Origin: an uncultured Gammaproteobacteria bacterium
GTDB lineage: Bacteria; Patescibacteriota; Patescibacteriia; UBA9934
Reading direction: 5' to 3'
Assembly (NCBI GenBank): GCA_964452565.1
Contig: CAYVLY010000002.1
Span: 22,661-86,660, forward strand
DNA length: 64,000 nt
Every line of letters starts with the position of its first letter. The stretch's first letter is position 1. Under the pieces are notes generated by a model. It saw nothing but the letters and a program-made list of their open reading frames with translations. It had not been told where the DNA came from and searched no databases. Positions 49,801-59,450 of this stretch are shown piece by piece. Made by a program: the position numbers and the translations under genes.

Positions 49801-52800
49801 GCCTGTAGTCTTCTTCACTTTCATCCTCTGTCACACAATCTCCATCACCACATTCTGAATCATCTTCACATGGCTCACCATGGTAGCTGGTCCAATCAGA
49901 ATCATCTTCATCATTACTACTTGATAGATCACAATATCCAACTGGTGCTGCAATATCGATCTGATTTAGGTGCTGCAATGGTAGTACATCTGGAACTGAG
50001 TATCCTGAGTATTCTTCTCCATACCAAGTCACATCACGTGATACATACTTGTCTGCATCTAGGACTACGGCTGGATCATCTGGATCCCATGCGCTACAGA
50101 ATGATGGATGACCTTCAGCTGAATATGCAGTGCACAGATCGATTCCATCACAAATTGTTCGATATCGCCCTGCGTCTTGATCCCAAATGGAGTAGGAACT
50201 TGAGCAACTCAACCACTCAGAACACACGCGATCTTGATTAACACTAATTACACGATTAGTGTCATTTTCTAATCGCTCCATTTCATCATATGTTACTGCA
50301 AAGCCTTCTGTATAAGAGAATGTGAGAACTGGGATTTCGTCATAACAAGTACCTGAGACAATATCCCCTGTGTAACCTTCATAGTTAGGGCAGTCCTCAT
50401 CTGTGTAACATGACTGACCTATTGCATAAACTCCATCATCAGTTGAACCAACAAGGTCTATATTTGCATACAAACATCGGCTTGCACATGGATCGTATGT
50501 GGTGATCCCATCTGGAAGAACGATCTGTGAAGTTGTCTCACTGGTACAATCAATCGCACTTACAAGTGAGAATGGCTCTTCACCCAAAACCTCATCAGCA
50601 TGCGTACTTACAACATAAGACGCGCTTGCATTGTATTCCAAGCTTGTGTCGCCATTATCATAGAACAATGTGCATCCTTCCTTTTGTGAAACTTGACCAT
50701 TGCATCGCTGTGATGAAAGCAAGCTATCGTCATCAAGCTGATCGTCATCAATATAGTAATACATTGTTCCGTCAGCATCTCCATAGAACTCATCATCATC
50801 AACATCAAGTGGATCCTCAAATGCACTACATCCATCATACTCGGCCTCACAGTGCCCAACCCATCCATCATAGTCTTCATCACCATTTCTCCAAATTCCA
50901 CTTTCTGTTCCTCCGATTAGATAATCACTGTCAGTGATATTACAAGTTCCATAGTCATATGTGCTGGAGATACAATCTGAATCTTTAGAACAAGTTACTG
51001 AATCATCATCAGAACATGTTCCTGTTCCATAACAGAAATCACTTGTTCCCTCACGGAACCAACCAGTGTAGCTTTCGCCACTAATAGTCACATCAGTCTT
51101 GTATTCACATTCATGACCGATCGGAGCCTTAAAGTACCAAGTTCCTTCATTGGTTGACTCAAACGCTCGACAGAACAATTCATCGTGACTACATAGAATG
51201 TCATCGTAGTCATCTGGTTCGTTTAGATAGTAAACACTTGTCCATTCTAAAATCTTTGAATGATCCATGCTCATCGTCGGCTCTCCAAGCTCAGTACACC
51301 CTGCAACATCTGATGATGAGCACTCAAGATCTTCACTGTAGATCATGTACACATCTGTATCAGCCTTCACGAATGTTGCATCTGGTCCGTAATTCAAATG
51401 GTAAAGCTCTGGGATATTTGTTTCGTCTGAGATATCAGCCTGTGGGATAAACCAATCCTCAAAATCAAACTGACAAGAATTCTTTCCGGCAATAATTGTA
51501 CAAAGCTCAGGCGAGTCTGTTTCAAATGCTGTACGACCAGAATTGGCATACATATAACAACTTGTACGATCTGTAGCATAGTCTGCCTCACCATCGCCGC
51601 CATCTTCTACATCAAGGTTGTAGCAAGTCGCATTGTAAACAGCCACATACTCAGAATCTGACTGCTCTGTTGTGTAGTAATCAGTACACCCCACTGCATC
51701 TGACTCACACAAATCACGGAATGATCTTAGATAGTAGGTTGTGCCATTTTGATCCATATACTCCTGACATCCAAGATGGAATTGAGCAGAAGTCTCACCT
51801 TCCCATGACTGATCACACTCACCTGGAGTAGTCCATGAATCTTTGATGAGGGTTAGCTCGTCCTCACCTTCGCGCAACGTAACATTATCAATATAGAAAT
51901 CTCCGGTTGAATCTGGGACAAACGCCAAGACAGAACCAGCTCCAAAGGCTGAATAGTCATTAGCGTTCATATCAAACGGACCAATAGAGTAATAAGTCCA
52001 TTCGCTTGTAAGCTCAGCACTTGGCACTGAACCATCAACTAATGAATCAATGCTAATTGATGAAGTTGCTTCTATATCAAATCCAACCTGGACATCTGTA
52101 TCTCCCTTTGCCCAGAAAGTTAATGTATAAGTCTTATCAGTGTAAAGCTCATTTTCAAGTGTTCCGCAGTACTGATCTTCATATGAAACAGTACAGCTGC
52201 CGCCCAAAGTTCCGGTTGATGAATCACATCCAGCCTCGGTCGCACAGGCTGATCCATAATCATATATGTGACTCCATACAACCTCACCTTCTGACTTTAA
52301 TGAGTGTCCATCCACTGCAACTGATTCGTTTGAAAGTGTAACAGCGCTTGCGCTATCTGCCTCCCAATTTATTAATGATCCTGTTTCAAATAGATCTTCA
52401 AGTACAAGTCGACTGTTAGCACTGCGTCCACCTGTAAATTCTCGACAACCATTTACTGAATCTGAACACTCTGTACTTTCTACGTTGTATCCATAGAATC
52501 TACAGAATGCTGCACTAGAATCATAATATCCAGCAGCTGCATCACACGCTGCCTCCCAGTCAGTTGCGTCCTCGCCCACCAGATCTGTTAGCCGATAAGA
52601 AACACATGAATCGTTGATTGTAACTGTGTCATCCCAAACGCGGTAGTGGATACCTCCTCGAGTGTCATAGAACTCTCTACACTCAGGGTTTGTGAGAATG
52701 TCTGTGTGTTCATCACAGTCTTCATTGTCTGTATCAATTACTGCATCTCCATCAGCATCATCAGCACAGGAAACTCCATCTACACCCGTGACCCAATTAG

Positions 52801-55800
52801 TACAAGGCGCTAGGCCAGGCCGTGTGTCAGTCTCACCGCTAGTTGCATATGTATAGTTATAGTAAGCACCATCATCAAGGTCTGATTCGATTAGTCGCCA
52901 AGTTCGAAGCTGATAGCCTTCCTCATCTGATCCTTCCCATGTGTAGAAGGTCGCTGCCTGATCTCCTGAGACATTTGCGCGTGCCTGACTTTCAGTCACG
53001 CAAGTTCGTAAGTATGTGTAGTACTCCAATCCCTCAGTGTCTAGATTTGTGAATTCTGTACATCCAACATCGCTTTCAGTACATGCTTCTGCGCTTGATG
53101 GAATAAAGTAAAGTGGGAAATCACCATAAGGCTCATATGTTGTAGCCTCCTGTCGATACGTGTCATATCCATCACAAGAACTTGGGCATTGATCTACCAA
53201 GCTCACAACCGCAGTCACACTTGGATCGCCATTAACTGGAGTAAACTCGCCACAGCCCGCATCCTGCTCAGAACACATGGTTGCATAGCTTGCACAATCT
53301 GCAGCATCATCATCTGAACCAGTACATCCAAGATAGTCAGGAGCGACCTTCATGTAAACAGACGATAGTTCCTCGCTATAACCATCAGCATATGCATCGG
53401 TGTCAGCGTCCTGCTCAAGCATGATGTCATCCATATAAACATCAACCCCCTCCAATGTGAGCTTAGCGTAAATGTCTAAAGATCGATCAGTAAGCGTTGG
53501 TGTTGTAAATATGCACTCAAAGCGGCTGTAACTATCCGAATCATTCGGATAAAACTCTATACTAATCTCATCCCCTGATGCGCTACATGTGATACTACAA
53601 TCATCACCAGTACAACTTTCATTAACGCTCTGATTCGTCATCGTTAGCGCATTACCCCCCTCATCTGCAAATGAAAGTGTTGCATATCCCTGATCACCAG
53701 CTAATGCATAACCATAAAATGATAATGCGTAGTAACGAGTCTGATTAAGAACAATGCCATACCGCTCAACCATCTCTCCGCTATTATCCATAATATGCAG
53801 CGCATCTGCTCCTGACCGTACATAATCGCCATCTGTGTCGTAAATATCAGTACCACTTATCACCCACCCATCTGGATGGCCATCTTCATCTTCATCGGTT
53901 TCAAAGCTTGAGTTTGAAAGAATGTTAAGCGTGGTCTCTGAACCTCGCGAGTAAAGCTCCTCACATCCAGCATCTTCTGACTCACAGGATTCAACCTCAG
54001 AATTAACATAAAGTCGATTTTGATAAGCATCAGTCTCCTCATCAGCAGATTCAACATTAATAATTGTAGGCCAGTCGTAAACATCGTCAGTATCTTCCTT
54101 TTGTGTTGCATACCACATGCATCCCATGTTTGATGCGCTACAATCACCGTAATCAATTGTATTTGTTAAAAAGTCCACTGTGATGCCAGCTTGATTCTCA
54201 AACGACATACAGCTCGCATAGTGCTCTGGACATTCTGATCCGCGGAACTTCCACGTGTTTTGCTCGCGCACACAATAGCCATAGCCTCCATCACAATTTC
54301 CATTTGTGTCTTCTGAGATACAACTTTGAATATCAACACACTCCTCTGCTCGCTGGTCTGTTCCTGGAGCAGACAAAATCTGACCATACGCCAGTGTGCG
54401 ACATTGTGTCTCTGGAAACTTAAGAACCCAGTTTGGATCAACCAAGTGACACCATGGATGCTCATCATCAAGTTCACCGTCACTATTACATGAGTAGAAT
54501 CCATCTATTACCTCCTGCAATGTTACTGGATCTGTTTCAGAGTTGTGATCTGACTCTGCTGCCATCTCCCAACCAATTGAGATGATTCGCGCCTTTCGCA
54601 ACTTAACGATGTTGCTATGACAGAATCCATAGGTGTAACACTTTGGATCTTGGTTACGAGCTGTATCAGCTGAAGGAATTAAAGGCCAACCGCCGTCGAC
54701 ATAGCCCTCATCAATTGCATCCTGCAAGGTTATAGTGTTCCCTGCCCTTGAAAGTGCAATGGCTGATACAAAAGATGAATCAATCGCACAGTTATATAGT
54801 TGAGCAGATGCCCCACGAGAAACTGACGGACAAGTTGCAAGCTCAGACAATAAACTATAATCAGTAATCTCAAGTGGCTTAAATGCTGTAACGCTCTTAA
54901 ATATCTCTGCAATGCGACTACGTGAATACTCAAAAGAGCTATCTGGATCAAATGGGTCAGAATCATCAAACACAATATCTTCAAAAAGCCCGCCTTGGAT
55001 TTTGTTCATCAACTCTGAGAACAGTGTGTTTGTAAAAATGGTTCCTGCGTTTATTCCGATCGAAATCAATGTGTCTGAGTTTGACATCAGTGCAGTGCTC
55101 AAATTAAATGGTAGTTCCTTCTGAATCTCCATTGCCGTTTCAAGTTCATCTCTAACCATCCCAGCTGAGGTTTCAATCTGACCAGTAATATAGTGTTCAA
55201 TTGCAGAAAAGCCATCATTGGCAATAAGTGAAGTCTCTTCAGTCTGTGCCTCACTAAACGACTGGATTACTGCATACATTTGCAACTGAGTTACAGCTGA
55301 CATCTCGTTTACATCTGGATCAAATGCTTCTGACATTACTGAAAGTACCATTGCAGTCTTTTCCTCAGGCTCTAACTCCTCTGCACTTAGGGATGCGAGA
55401 TATGCTGACCAATTATCTTTAATGCTTGGATATTCAAAACTAATCTCAGGCGCTACTGCCATGCCCTTTATACCTTGGCGAATTGCCTGCAAGACTTCTG
55501 GATCTGTTGGCAGATAAATATTCAGAGTTGGGAACATCCCATCCTCTAAATTATCAATCGCAACTTCATTATAAATTTCGGAAAGCACTCGTGCTCCAGC
55601 GTACTTAAAGTAGTCAGATGGTGGCAATGAATTAAAAAGTGGACTTTCGGCATTTCCACCAGAGGCTATCCATACAGCAGAGTTATATGCAAGCTCATTT
55701 GCCATCATTGAAAGCAGGTTGACCATCTCAGCCGAAAGAGCTGCTATTAACGCATCTTTTAGCTTTACTTTTACCGTATCGATAACATCATCAGCGGTCA

Positions 55801-55954
55801 TCTGCGCGATAAGATCCGGGCTAGCGGTCACAAGTTGAGCATGCGCTTTTGGCGCAATCGATACCCCCAAACTTAAAGCCAAGAGCACAGCAAGTAGGCT
55901 GCGCGTCAATTTATTAAAAACCTTGCGGTGTTTCATATTGCTCCTAATGATCAA
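46826..55954 (-). CDS. Giant (3042 aa) secreted Cys-rich acidic protein with CBM-like and PKD-like modules
   Basis: Signal peptide (AHA); N.SFE...DGW CBM4/9-like starts; C..D.DC repeats; terminal VDWGDG..V.DNWGWC. Confidence 0.85.
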   Translation of the reverse strand: MIIRSNMKHRKVFNKLTRSLLAVLLALSLGVSIAPKAHAQLVTASPDLIAQMTADDVIDTVKVKLKDALIAALSAEMVNLLSMMANELAYNSAVWIASGGNAESPLFNSLPPSDYFKYAGARVLSEIYNEVAIDNLEDGMFPTLNIYLPTDPEVLQAIRQGIKGMAVAPEISFEYPSIKDNWSAYLASLSAEELEPEEKTAMVLSVMSEAFDPDVNEMSAVTQLQMYAVIQSFSEAQTEETSLIANDGFSAIEHYITGQIETSAGMVRDELETAMEIQKELPFNLSTALMSNSDTLISIGINAGTIFTNTLFSELMNKIQGGLFEDIVFDDSDPFDPDSSFEYSRSRIAEIFKSVTAFKPLEITDYSLLSELATCPSVSRGASAQLYNCAIDSSFVSAIALSRAGNTITLQDAIDEGYVDGGWPLIPSADTARNQDPKCYTYGFCHSNIVKLRKARIISIGWEMAAESDHNSETDPVTLQEVIDGFYSCNSDGELDDEHPWCHLVDPNWVLKFPETQCRTLAYGQILSAPGTDQRAEECVDIQSCISEDTNGNCDGGYGYCVREQNTWKFRGSECPEHYASCMSFENQAGITVDFLTNTIDYGDCSASNMGCMWYATQKEDTDDVYDWPTIINVESADEETDAYQNRLYVNSEVESCESEDAGCEELYSRGSETTLNILSNSSFETDEDEDGHPDGWVISGTDIYDTDGDYVRSGADALHIMDNSGEMVERYGIVLNQTRYYALSFYGYALAGDQGYATLSFADEGGNALTMTNQSVNESCTGDDCSITCSASGDEISIEFYPNDSDSYSRFECIFTTPTLTDRSLDIYAKLTLEGVDVYMDDIMLEQDADTDAYADGYSEELSSVYMKVAPDYLGCTGSDDDAADCASYATMCSEQDAGCGEFTPVNGDPSVTAVVSLVDQCPSSCDGYDTYRQEATTYEPYGDFPLYFIPSSAEACTESDVGCTEFTNLDTEGLEYYTYLRTCVTESQARANVSGDQAATFYTWEGSDEEGYQLRTWRLIESDLDDGAYYNYTYATSGETDTRPGLAPCTNWVTGVDGVSCADDADGDAVIDTDNEDCDEHTDILTNPECREFYDTRGGIHYRVWDDTVTINDSCVSYRLTDLVGEDATDWEAACDAAAGYYDSSAAFCRFYGYNVESTECSDSVNGCREFTGGRSANSRLVLEDLFETGSLINWEADSASAVTLSNESVAVDGHSLKSEGEVVWSHIYDYGSACATEAGCDSSTGTLGGSCTVSYEDQYCGTLENELYTDKTYTLTFWAKGDTDVQVGFDIEATSSISIDSLVDGSVPSAELTSEWTYYSIGPFDMNANDYSAFGAGSVLAFVPDSTGDFYIDNVTLREGEDELTLIKDSWTTPGECDQSWEGETSAQFHLGCQEYMDQNGTTYYLRSFRDLCESDAVGCTDYYTTEQSDSEYVAVYNATCYNLDVEDGGDGEADYATDRTSCYMYANSGRTAFETDSPELCTIIAGKNSCQFDFEDWFIPQADISDETNIPELYHLNYGPDATFVKADTDVYMIYSEDLECSSSDVAGCTELGEPTMSMDHSKILEWTSVYYLNEPDDYDDILCSHDELFCRAFESTNEGTWYFKAPIGHECEYKTDVTISGESYTGWFREGTSDFCYGTGTCSDDDSVTCSKDSDCISSTYDYGTCNITDSDYLIGGTESGIWRNGDEDYDGWVGHCEAEYDGCSAFEDPLDVDDDEFYGDADGTMYYYIDDDQLDDDSLLSSQRCNGQVSQKEGCTLFYDNGDTSLEYNASASYVVSTHADEVLGEEPFSLVSAIDCTSETTSQIVLPDGITTYDPCASRCLYANIDLVGSTDDGVYAIGQSCYTDEDCPNYEGYTGDIVSGTCYDEIPVLTFSYTEGFAVTYDEMERLENDTNRVISVNQDRVCSEWLSCSSSYSIWDQDAGRYRTICDGIDLCTAYSAEGHPSFCSAWDPDDPAVVLDADKYVSRDVTWYGEEYSGYSVPDVLPLQHLNQIDIAAPVGYCDLSSSNDEDDSDWTSYHGEPCEDDSECGDGDCVTEDESEEDYRLGYIAGACTDEYSEDCAVGYCTDNGSACTDEDDCETSGAECVPGVCYTVGADVCNDDDDCDTASGEECLSGTCVIEGDYCDLSDLSCESGESCFTSVAYKQGSCYSGSCFLAMDGEPFEEAMYEGQACRAQPEINSPFGEGVISEWSYTNSLASTLSTTTDMEESLLLSTGFGAATPRSFLSGFGQVETCAASEDCVCSYAKVTNSGGVSVYLSPSSSYLAESFIGICSATSPVAGAICTDPSDCISPDATTAEADATCDRITEENTLYGLEGYCLERDTGLNIEGDQYTGACLTWFPVDQLSGATDLYAKYKTAGFFNDMYMCTYVSPYLDLLSENYNDEYGYSGGGVACAEIESSCNKGNQWTGINECAGNLTCPEGYFAILGRCGHDDYDIDNGSTLNWTDMAAQACVEAQNDCPYVCIPEDAIHASEDDGEQGESCYDDFLSSEDSKIRGQGWNYDQEGSMKSSNYTETYYYIWSHRAFDSGNEYESDDDPTDYEEFTLMLSDYDDCVSFGIERDMSIWDMVSFSGGSDGYSDSGTQGYRYLDIPDLYTPYPGCRDILQTGSSSDGVTAPLTSMFYAAAEEVISERETALQYTYETTNSPFGSAINPEQYSDFDQNDIYSYGPEIVASCAGGTSKTSKISIHDEGNDEVCDYELYNATDFYERTSYDPTAPDGRSYIYFEYIPDASEATPWDTNSEDLDDVFDRINQLFANPLGLGSMWTWPGNIDDNDVYTAVSDLSDVGDPTYDTTDYTEYDYDIRDTGTPPTVWAVDSDDCGARYCSEGTESAITLNNQSTGDQEGSEGFYRATIKFYAAADKDQLPLRRVIVDWGDGDESGSDDDENYYKNHRGLQDGTDGGEEDTTVLSKCSLDTEWGLTGDSCDPNYFLYQHSYRCTDPGGLPVCVTDDNGNLTNSPCSNDGESCIYQPRVHVRDNWGWCAGVCDEAGCFDAYGDLSSQASDSECSYDYYPEFYAGYDPWIYYDGFITVEE

Positions 55955-55964
55955 ATTACTCTTA

Positions 55965-56612
55965 TTACTCTAATAACTGAAACTCTTCGCTGCTTTCCAA
56001 GTCACCCATAACTTCTAGAATCAAAGCCTCCAGATCTTCATCTGGTATTTCGGCAACCATTTCTGGATCTGCACCAGCTGTAACTAACAACTCCCTAATC
56101 TCCTCAGCTGTTAATTCTCTAATAGCTTCCTGAATGTCTGACAAAGATGTTCCTGAGCTTGGAGTAATCTCAGCTGCATCAGGTGCAACGTCATCAAACA
56201 GGTCGGTTGTCGAAGCTATGTCAGCATCAGAACAATCCTGACCCGCAGCACAGTCCACATCAGTACCAGCCAATATCTCTGTATCATCGTTGTATCCATC
56301 GCCATCTGTATCCATCAAATATGGTGACGATCCATATACATACAACTCATCATAATCTGTGAGAGTATCCCCGTCCGTGTCCTTAAGCTGCTGCTCCATC
56401 ATTTGGATAGTAGCCTCTTGCTCTTGTGTGAAATAAAACTCGCCCGAGTATTCAATGAAAAACGGACTTGCAATGTGGCGGACTAAATAAAATCCTCCGA
56501 GTACTAATGCAACGCACCCGGCAATAATAACAAGCGTTAAAGAAGCCTTTTGTTCTTTAGTAAACGAAGGCTTAGTCTTACGAATAACAATCCGCTCTCT
56601 TGGTTGATTCAT
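55965..56612 (-). CDS. Membrane-anchored protein with thrombospondin-type-3-like Ca-binding repeats
   Basis: TM followed by DTDGDTLTD..E and DTDGDGYND..E. Confidence 0.8.
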   Translation of the reverse strand: MNQPRERIVIRKTKPSFTKEQKASLTLVIIAGCVALVLGGFYLVRHIASPFFIEYSGEFYFTQEQEATIQMMEQQLKDTDGDTLTDYDELYVYGSSPYLMDTDGDGYNDDTEILAGTDVDCAAGQDCSDADIASTTDLFDDVAPDAAEITPSSGTSLSDIQEAIRELTAEEIRELLVTAGADPEMVAEIPDEDLEALILEVMGDLESSEEFQLLE

Positions 56613-56661
56613 GATATCTAACTTCGTAACTATTATACCAAAAAATGAGCACTTATCGCAC

Positions 56662-57417
56662 TCATCTTTTCAACAGTTCGATTAATTGTACCCACTGCTC
56701 TACTGAGAGCTCTTGAGCCCTGGCCGTAGGCTTTAGCTTTAAATCAGTTAGGGCTTTTTTGACTAGATCTGATAAGGCTATTCCTGCGTCTGCTAGGTTT
56801 CGATGTAATTGCTTTCTACGAGATGAAAATCCGATCTTTGCTAGTGCAATAATCTCCTCGGCATTGTCTGGCGCATCTCGAGGTTCAAGCTTCAAAACAA
56901 CAGAATCAACCTTTGGCGGTGGCGTGAAACTTCCTGGTTTAACTTTGCATATTCGACTTGGCTGCGTGTAGATTTGAGCTGCGACTGATAAGACCGACAT
57001 ATCGCCCGGCTGAGCAACAATCTTATCACCAACTTCTTTCTGAACCATGACGATGCTCTTGCTTGGCGGATTCTTTGCAGTAAGCATGTTCATGAGGATT
57101 GCATTGGCTGCATTGTACGGCAGGTTGCTTACAAAAATCCATGGTTGATCTTCTACGATTTGGGCAATATCGATCTGGGCAGCGTCGGCATGAATAATCT
57201 GAGCTTTGGGAAAATTAGTTTCTAAATCGGGGATCAGATCCTGATCGGCCTCGATCAAAACTAACTGATCAACCTCATCCATTAATTCACCGGTCAAAGC
57301 CCCTGCTCCAGGTCCAACCTCTACAACGAAATCGCCAGAACTTAAATCAGCTGCTGCAATAATCTTTGCGACAACTGATCGGTCTTTTAAAAAATGCTGG
57401 CCATAGGATTTTTTCAT
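56662..57417 (-). CDS. rsmA: 16S rRNA dimethyltransferase
   Basis: GQHFL, EVGPGAG, NLPY, MVQKEV, PPKVDS. Confidence 0.95.
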   Translation of the reverse strand: MKKSYGQHFLKDRSVVAKIIAAADLSSGDFVVEVGPGAGALTGELMDEVDQLVLIEADQDLIPDLETNFPKAQIIHADAAQIDIAQIVEDQPWIFVSNLPYNAANAILMNMLTAKNPPSKSIVMVQKEVGDKIVAQPGDMSVLSVAAQIYTQPSRICKVKPGSFTPPPKVDSVVLKLEPRDAPDNAEEIIALAKIGFSSRRKQLHRNLADAGIALSDLVKKALTDLKLKPTARAQELSVEQWVQLIELLKR

Positions 57418-58013
57418 AACTCGACTTCAACACTCCCCTGTCGTAGGATTTCAATCTCATCACCATCAATCTTAACGGTTGTTGATGGGGGCAACTCAGG
57501 AAGATCGCCGCCGTCGATTATACAATCCGGCTTATCTGGACGATCAGCAAATGCATCCTGAACTTCTTTTATCGAATAAGCTGCATCCTTCCCGGAAACA
57601 TTAGCGCTTGATGCAACAATAGGCTTGCCAAATCTACGGGCAATCGTTGCACAAAACGGGTGTGATGAAACTCGTACAGCCTGTGTGCCTGAATGGCCAC
57701 ATTGATCTACAATAGGCGAATCTGATCTTATCGGTCCAATAATATTTAGCGGCCCTGGCCAATACTTATCCATGAGTTGACGAGCTTGATCATTGATTTC
57801 GATATAATCAGATGCTGAATCCTGGTCCGGAATAATCAACGGCGTTCCCTTTTCATCCGGTCGGCCCTTGATTAGAAAAACTCGAGCAACCGCATCAATA
57901 TTAGTTGCATCACATCCAATCCCATATGATGTTTCTGTTGGAAATATAATAACCTCGCCTTTTTCTAGGCATTCAACAGCATGATCTATGTCTTGTGATG
58001 TGATTTTTAGCAT
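57414..58013 (-). CDS. tsaC: Threonylcarbamoyl-AMP synthase
   Basis: PTETSYG, KGRP, WPGPL, SANVSG, PST. Confidence 0.93.
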   Translation of the reverse strand: MLKITSQDIDHAVECLEKGEVIIFPTETSYGIGCDATNIDAVARVFLIKGRPDEKGTPLIIPDQDSASDYIEINDQARQLMDKYWPGPLNIIGPIRSDSPIVDQCGHSGTQAVRVSSHPFCATIARRFGKPIVASSANVSGKDAAYSIKEVQDAFADRPDKPDCIIDGGDLPELPPSTTVKIDGDEIEILRQGSVEVEL

Positions 58014-58420
58014 ATGTAAAACTTATCCTTCAAATAACACTCTACGCACTGGGCACTTGCATTAAAGTGTGGTTGCGGAAGATTGCGTGGATCCGCCCAG
58101 ATCAATTCTTCACACTTTTCTGGCTCCATGTTCTTTAATTCTCCCTCAAATTCATCCACTAGCAACCCAACTGCAACATCATGCTTACCCTCTTCCTGAT
58201 ATGTCTGCAAATCATTTGTAAGTGCGATCACTCTTGGATTCTTAATCTTGAGATTTGTCTCCTCTTCAACCTCACGTACAGCACATTCTTCAAATGTCTC
58301 GCCAGGATCAAGGCTTCCGCCGGGGATAGAATAATAAGGAGCATGAGCATTCATCCGCTTCTTAAGCAAAATTCTACCCTCATTATTTACAATGATTATT
58401 CCAACCCCTATGCTTACCAT
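58007..58420 (-). CDS. NUDIX hydrolase
   Basis: PGG....GETFEECAVREVEEETNL. Confidence 0.9.
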   Translation of the reverse strand: MVSIGVGIIIVNNEGRILLKKRMNAHAPYYSIPGGSLDPGETFEECAVREVEEETNLKIKNPRVIALTNDLQTYQEEGKHDVAVGLLVDEFEGELKNMEPEKCEELIWADPRNLPQPHFNASAQCVECYLKDKFYIC

Positions 58421-58422
58421 AC

Positions 58423-59361
58423 CTATATATTCTCACGATACCACGCGATTGTCTCCTTTATACCTTCATCGATACTAACTTGCGGCTCCCAACTTAATAA
58501 TTCACGTGCTTTGCTGACGTCTAAATAAATATGCTTAAGAGCATCTTGCTGTAGTTCATTGTATTCCGGAGTAACGCCCACACCAACAGCATCGCGAACC
58601 TTTTCAAAAACCTCCCGAGTCTCTGTTGGCGCACCTGTACCAAGGTTCAAAAATCCAACAAACTCAGACTCTGCGGCTTTCAGAAGTGCATCAACTACGT
58701 CACCAATGTACACATAATCACGTGTGGTTTTTCCATCATTATTAATAATCGCTTGTCCACCCTTTAAGAGTCGCGATGAGAATATCCCTACAACACCTGA
58801 CTCTGCGCTTGAATCCTGACGAGGCCCATAAATATTCCCAGGACGCACTGAAACGTATGGAATACCAAATGTCTTATAGTAAAACCGGAGGTAATTCTCA
58901 CCAACAAGCTTTGAAATCCCGTAAGGTGTTAGAGGTTTTGGCTCATGAAGTTCTGAAATAGGTAGATCGTCATGTTTGCCATAAACAGCACATGAAGATG
59001 TAAAGATGAACTTGCCCTTACTAGTCTGTCGATTTGCCTCGCAAACATTCAAAAGCCCAATAACATTATCCATGGCATTGCCAATTGGCATCTCGATCGA
59101 CTCGCGGTCATGTAAGTGTGCAGCCAAGTGAAAGACAACATCAGGTTGATACTTTTCAAAAACCTGCAAAACATCTGAATCTTGGACATTCATCTTAATG
59201 TACTTTGCCTTGCGATTCTTACGATTCTTCTGTGGCTTAACCTTATCGATTACAATTACTTTTTTCGAAATACTAACTAGCTGGTCAACTAAGTGTGAAC
59301 CAATAAACCCTGATCCACCTGTTACAATTATATTTTTGTATTGCTTTGTCATAGTATTCAC
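58423..59361 (-). CDS. NAD-dependent epimerase/dehydratase (UDP-glucose 4-epimerase-like)
   Basis: TGGSGFIG, YGISK, NIYGPRQ, RDYVYI.D. Confidence 0.9.
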   Translation of the reverse strand: MNTMTKQYKNIIVTGGSGFIGSHLVDQLVSISKKVIVIDKVKPQKNRKNRKAKYIKMNVQDSDVLQVFEKYQPDVVFHLAAHLHDRESIEMPIGNAMDNVIGLLNVCEANRQTSKGKFIFTSSCAVYGKHDDLPISELHEPKPLTPYGISKLVGENYLRFYYKTFGIPYVSVRPGNIYGPRQDSSAESGVVGIFSSRLLKGGQAIINNDGKTTRDYVYIGDVVDALLKAAESEFVGFLNLGTGAPTETREVFEKVRDAVGVGVTPEYNELQQDALKHIYLDVSKARELLSWEPQVSIDEGIKETIAWYRENI

Positions 59362-59368
59362 ATTAGTG

Positions 59369-59449
59369 ACCTCCCCCTACCCCCTCCTTCGTAAGGAGGG
59401 GGTCTTGATTTCGATCCTCCCCCTTGCGAAGGGGGAGATAGAGGGGGTT
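59369..59449. repeat. Inverted doublet of CCCCT..CCTT repeat downstream of prfB
   Basis: ACCTCCCCCTACCCCCTCCTTCGTAAGGAGGGG ... CTCCCCCTTGCGAAGGGGGAGATAGAGGGGGTT. Confidence 0.85.
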
Positions 59450-59450
59450 A

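Noticed and set aside
46826-55954. DGR target, intein or toxin domain in the giant protein
   Set aside because: No reverse transcriptase, TR/VR pair, intein motifs or recognisable toxin domain seen by eye.
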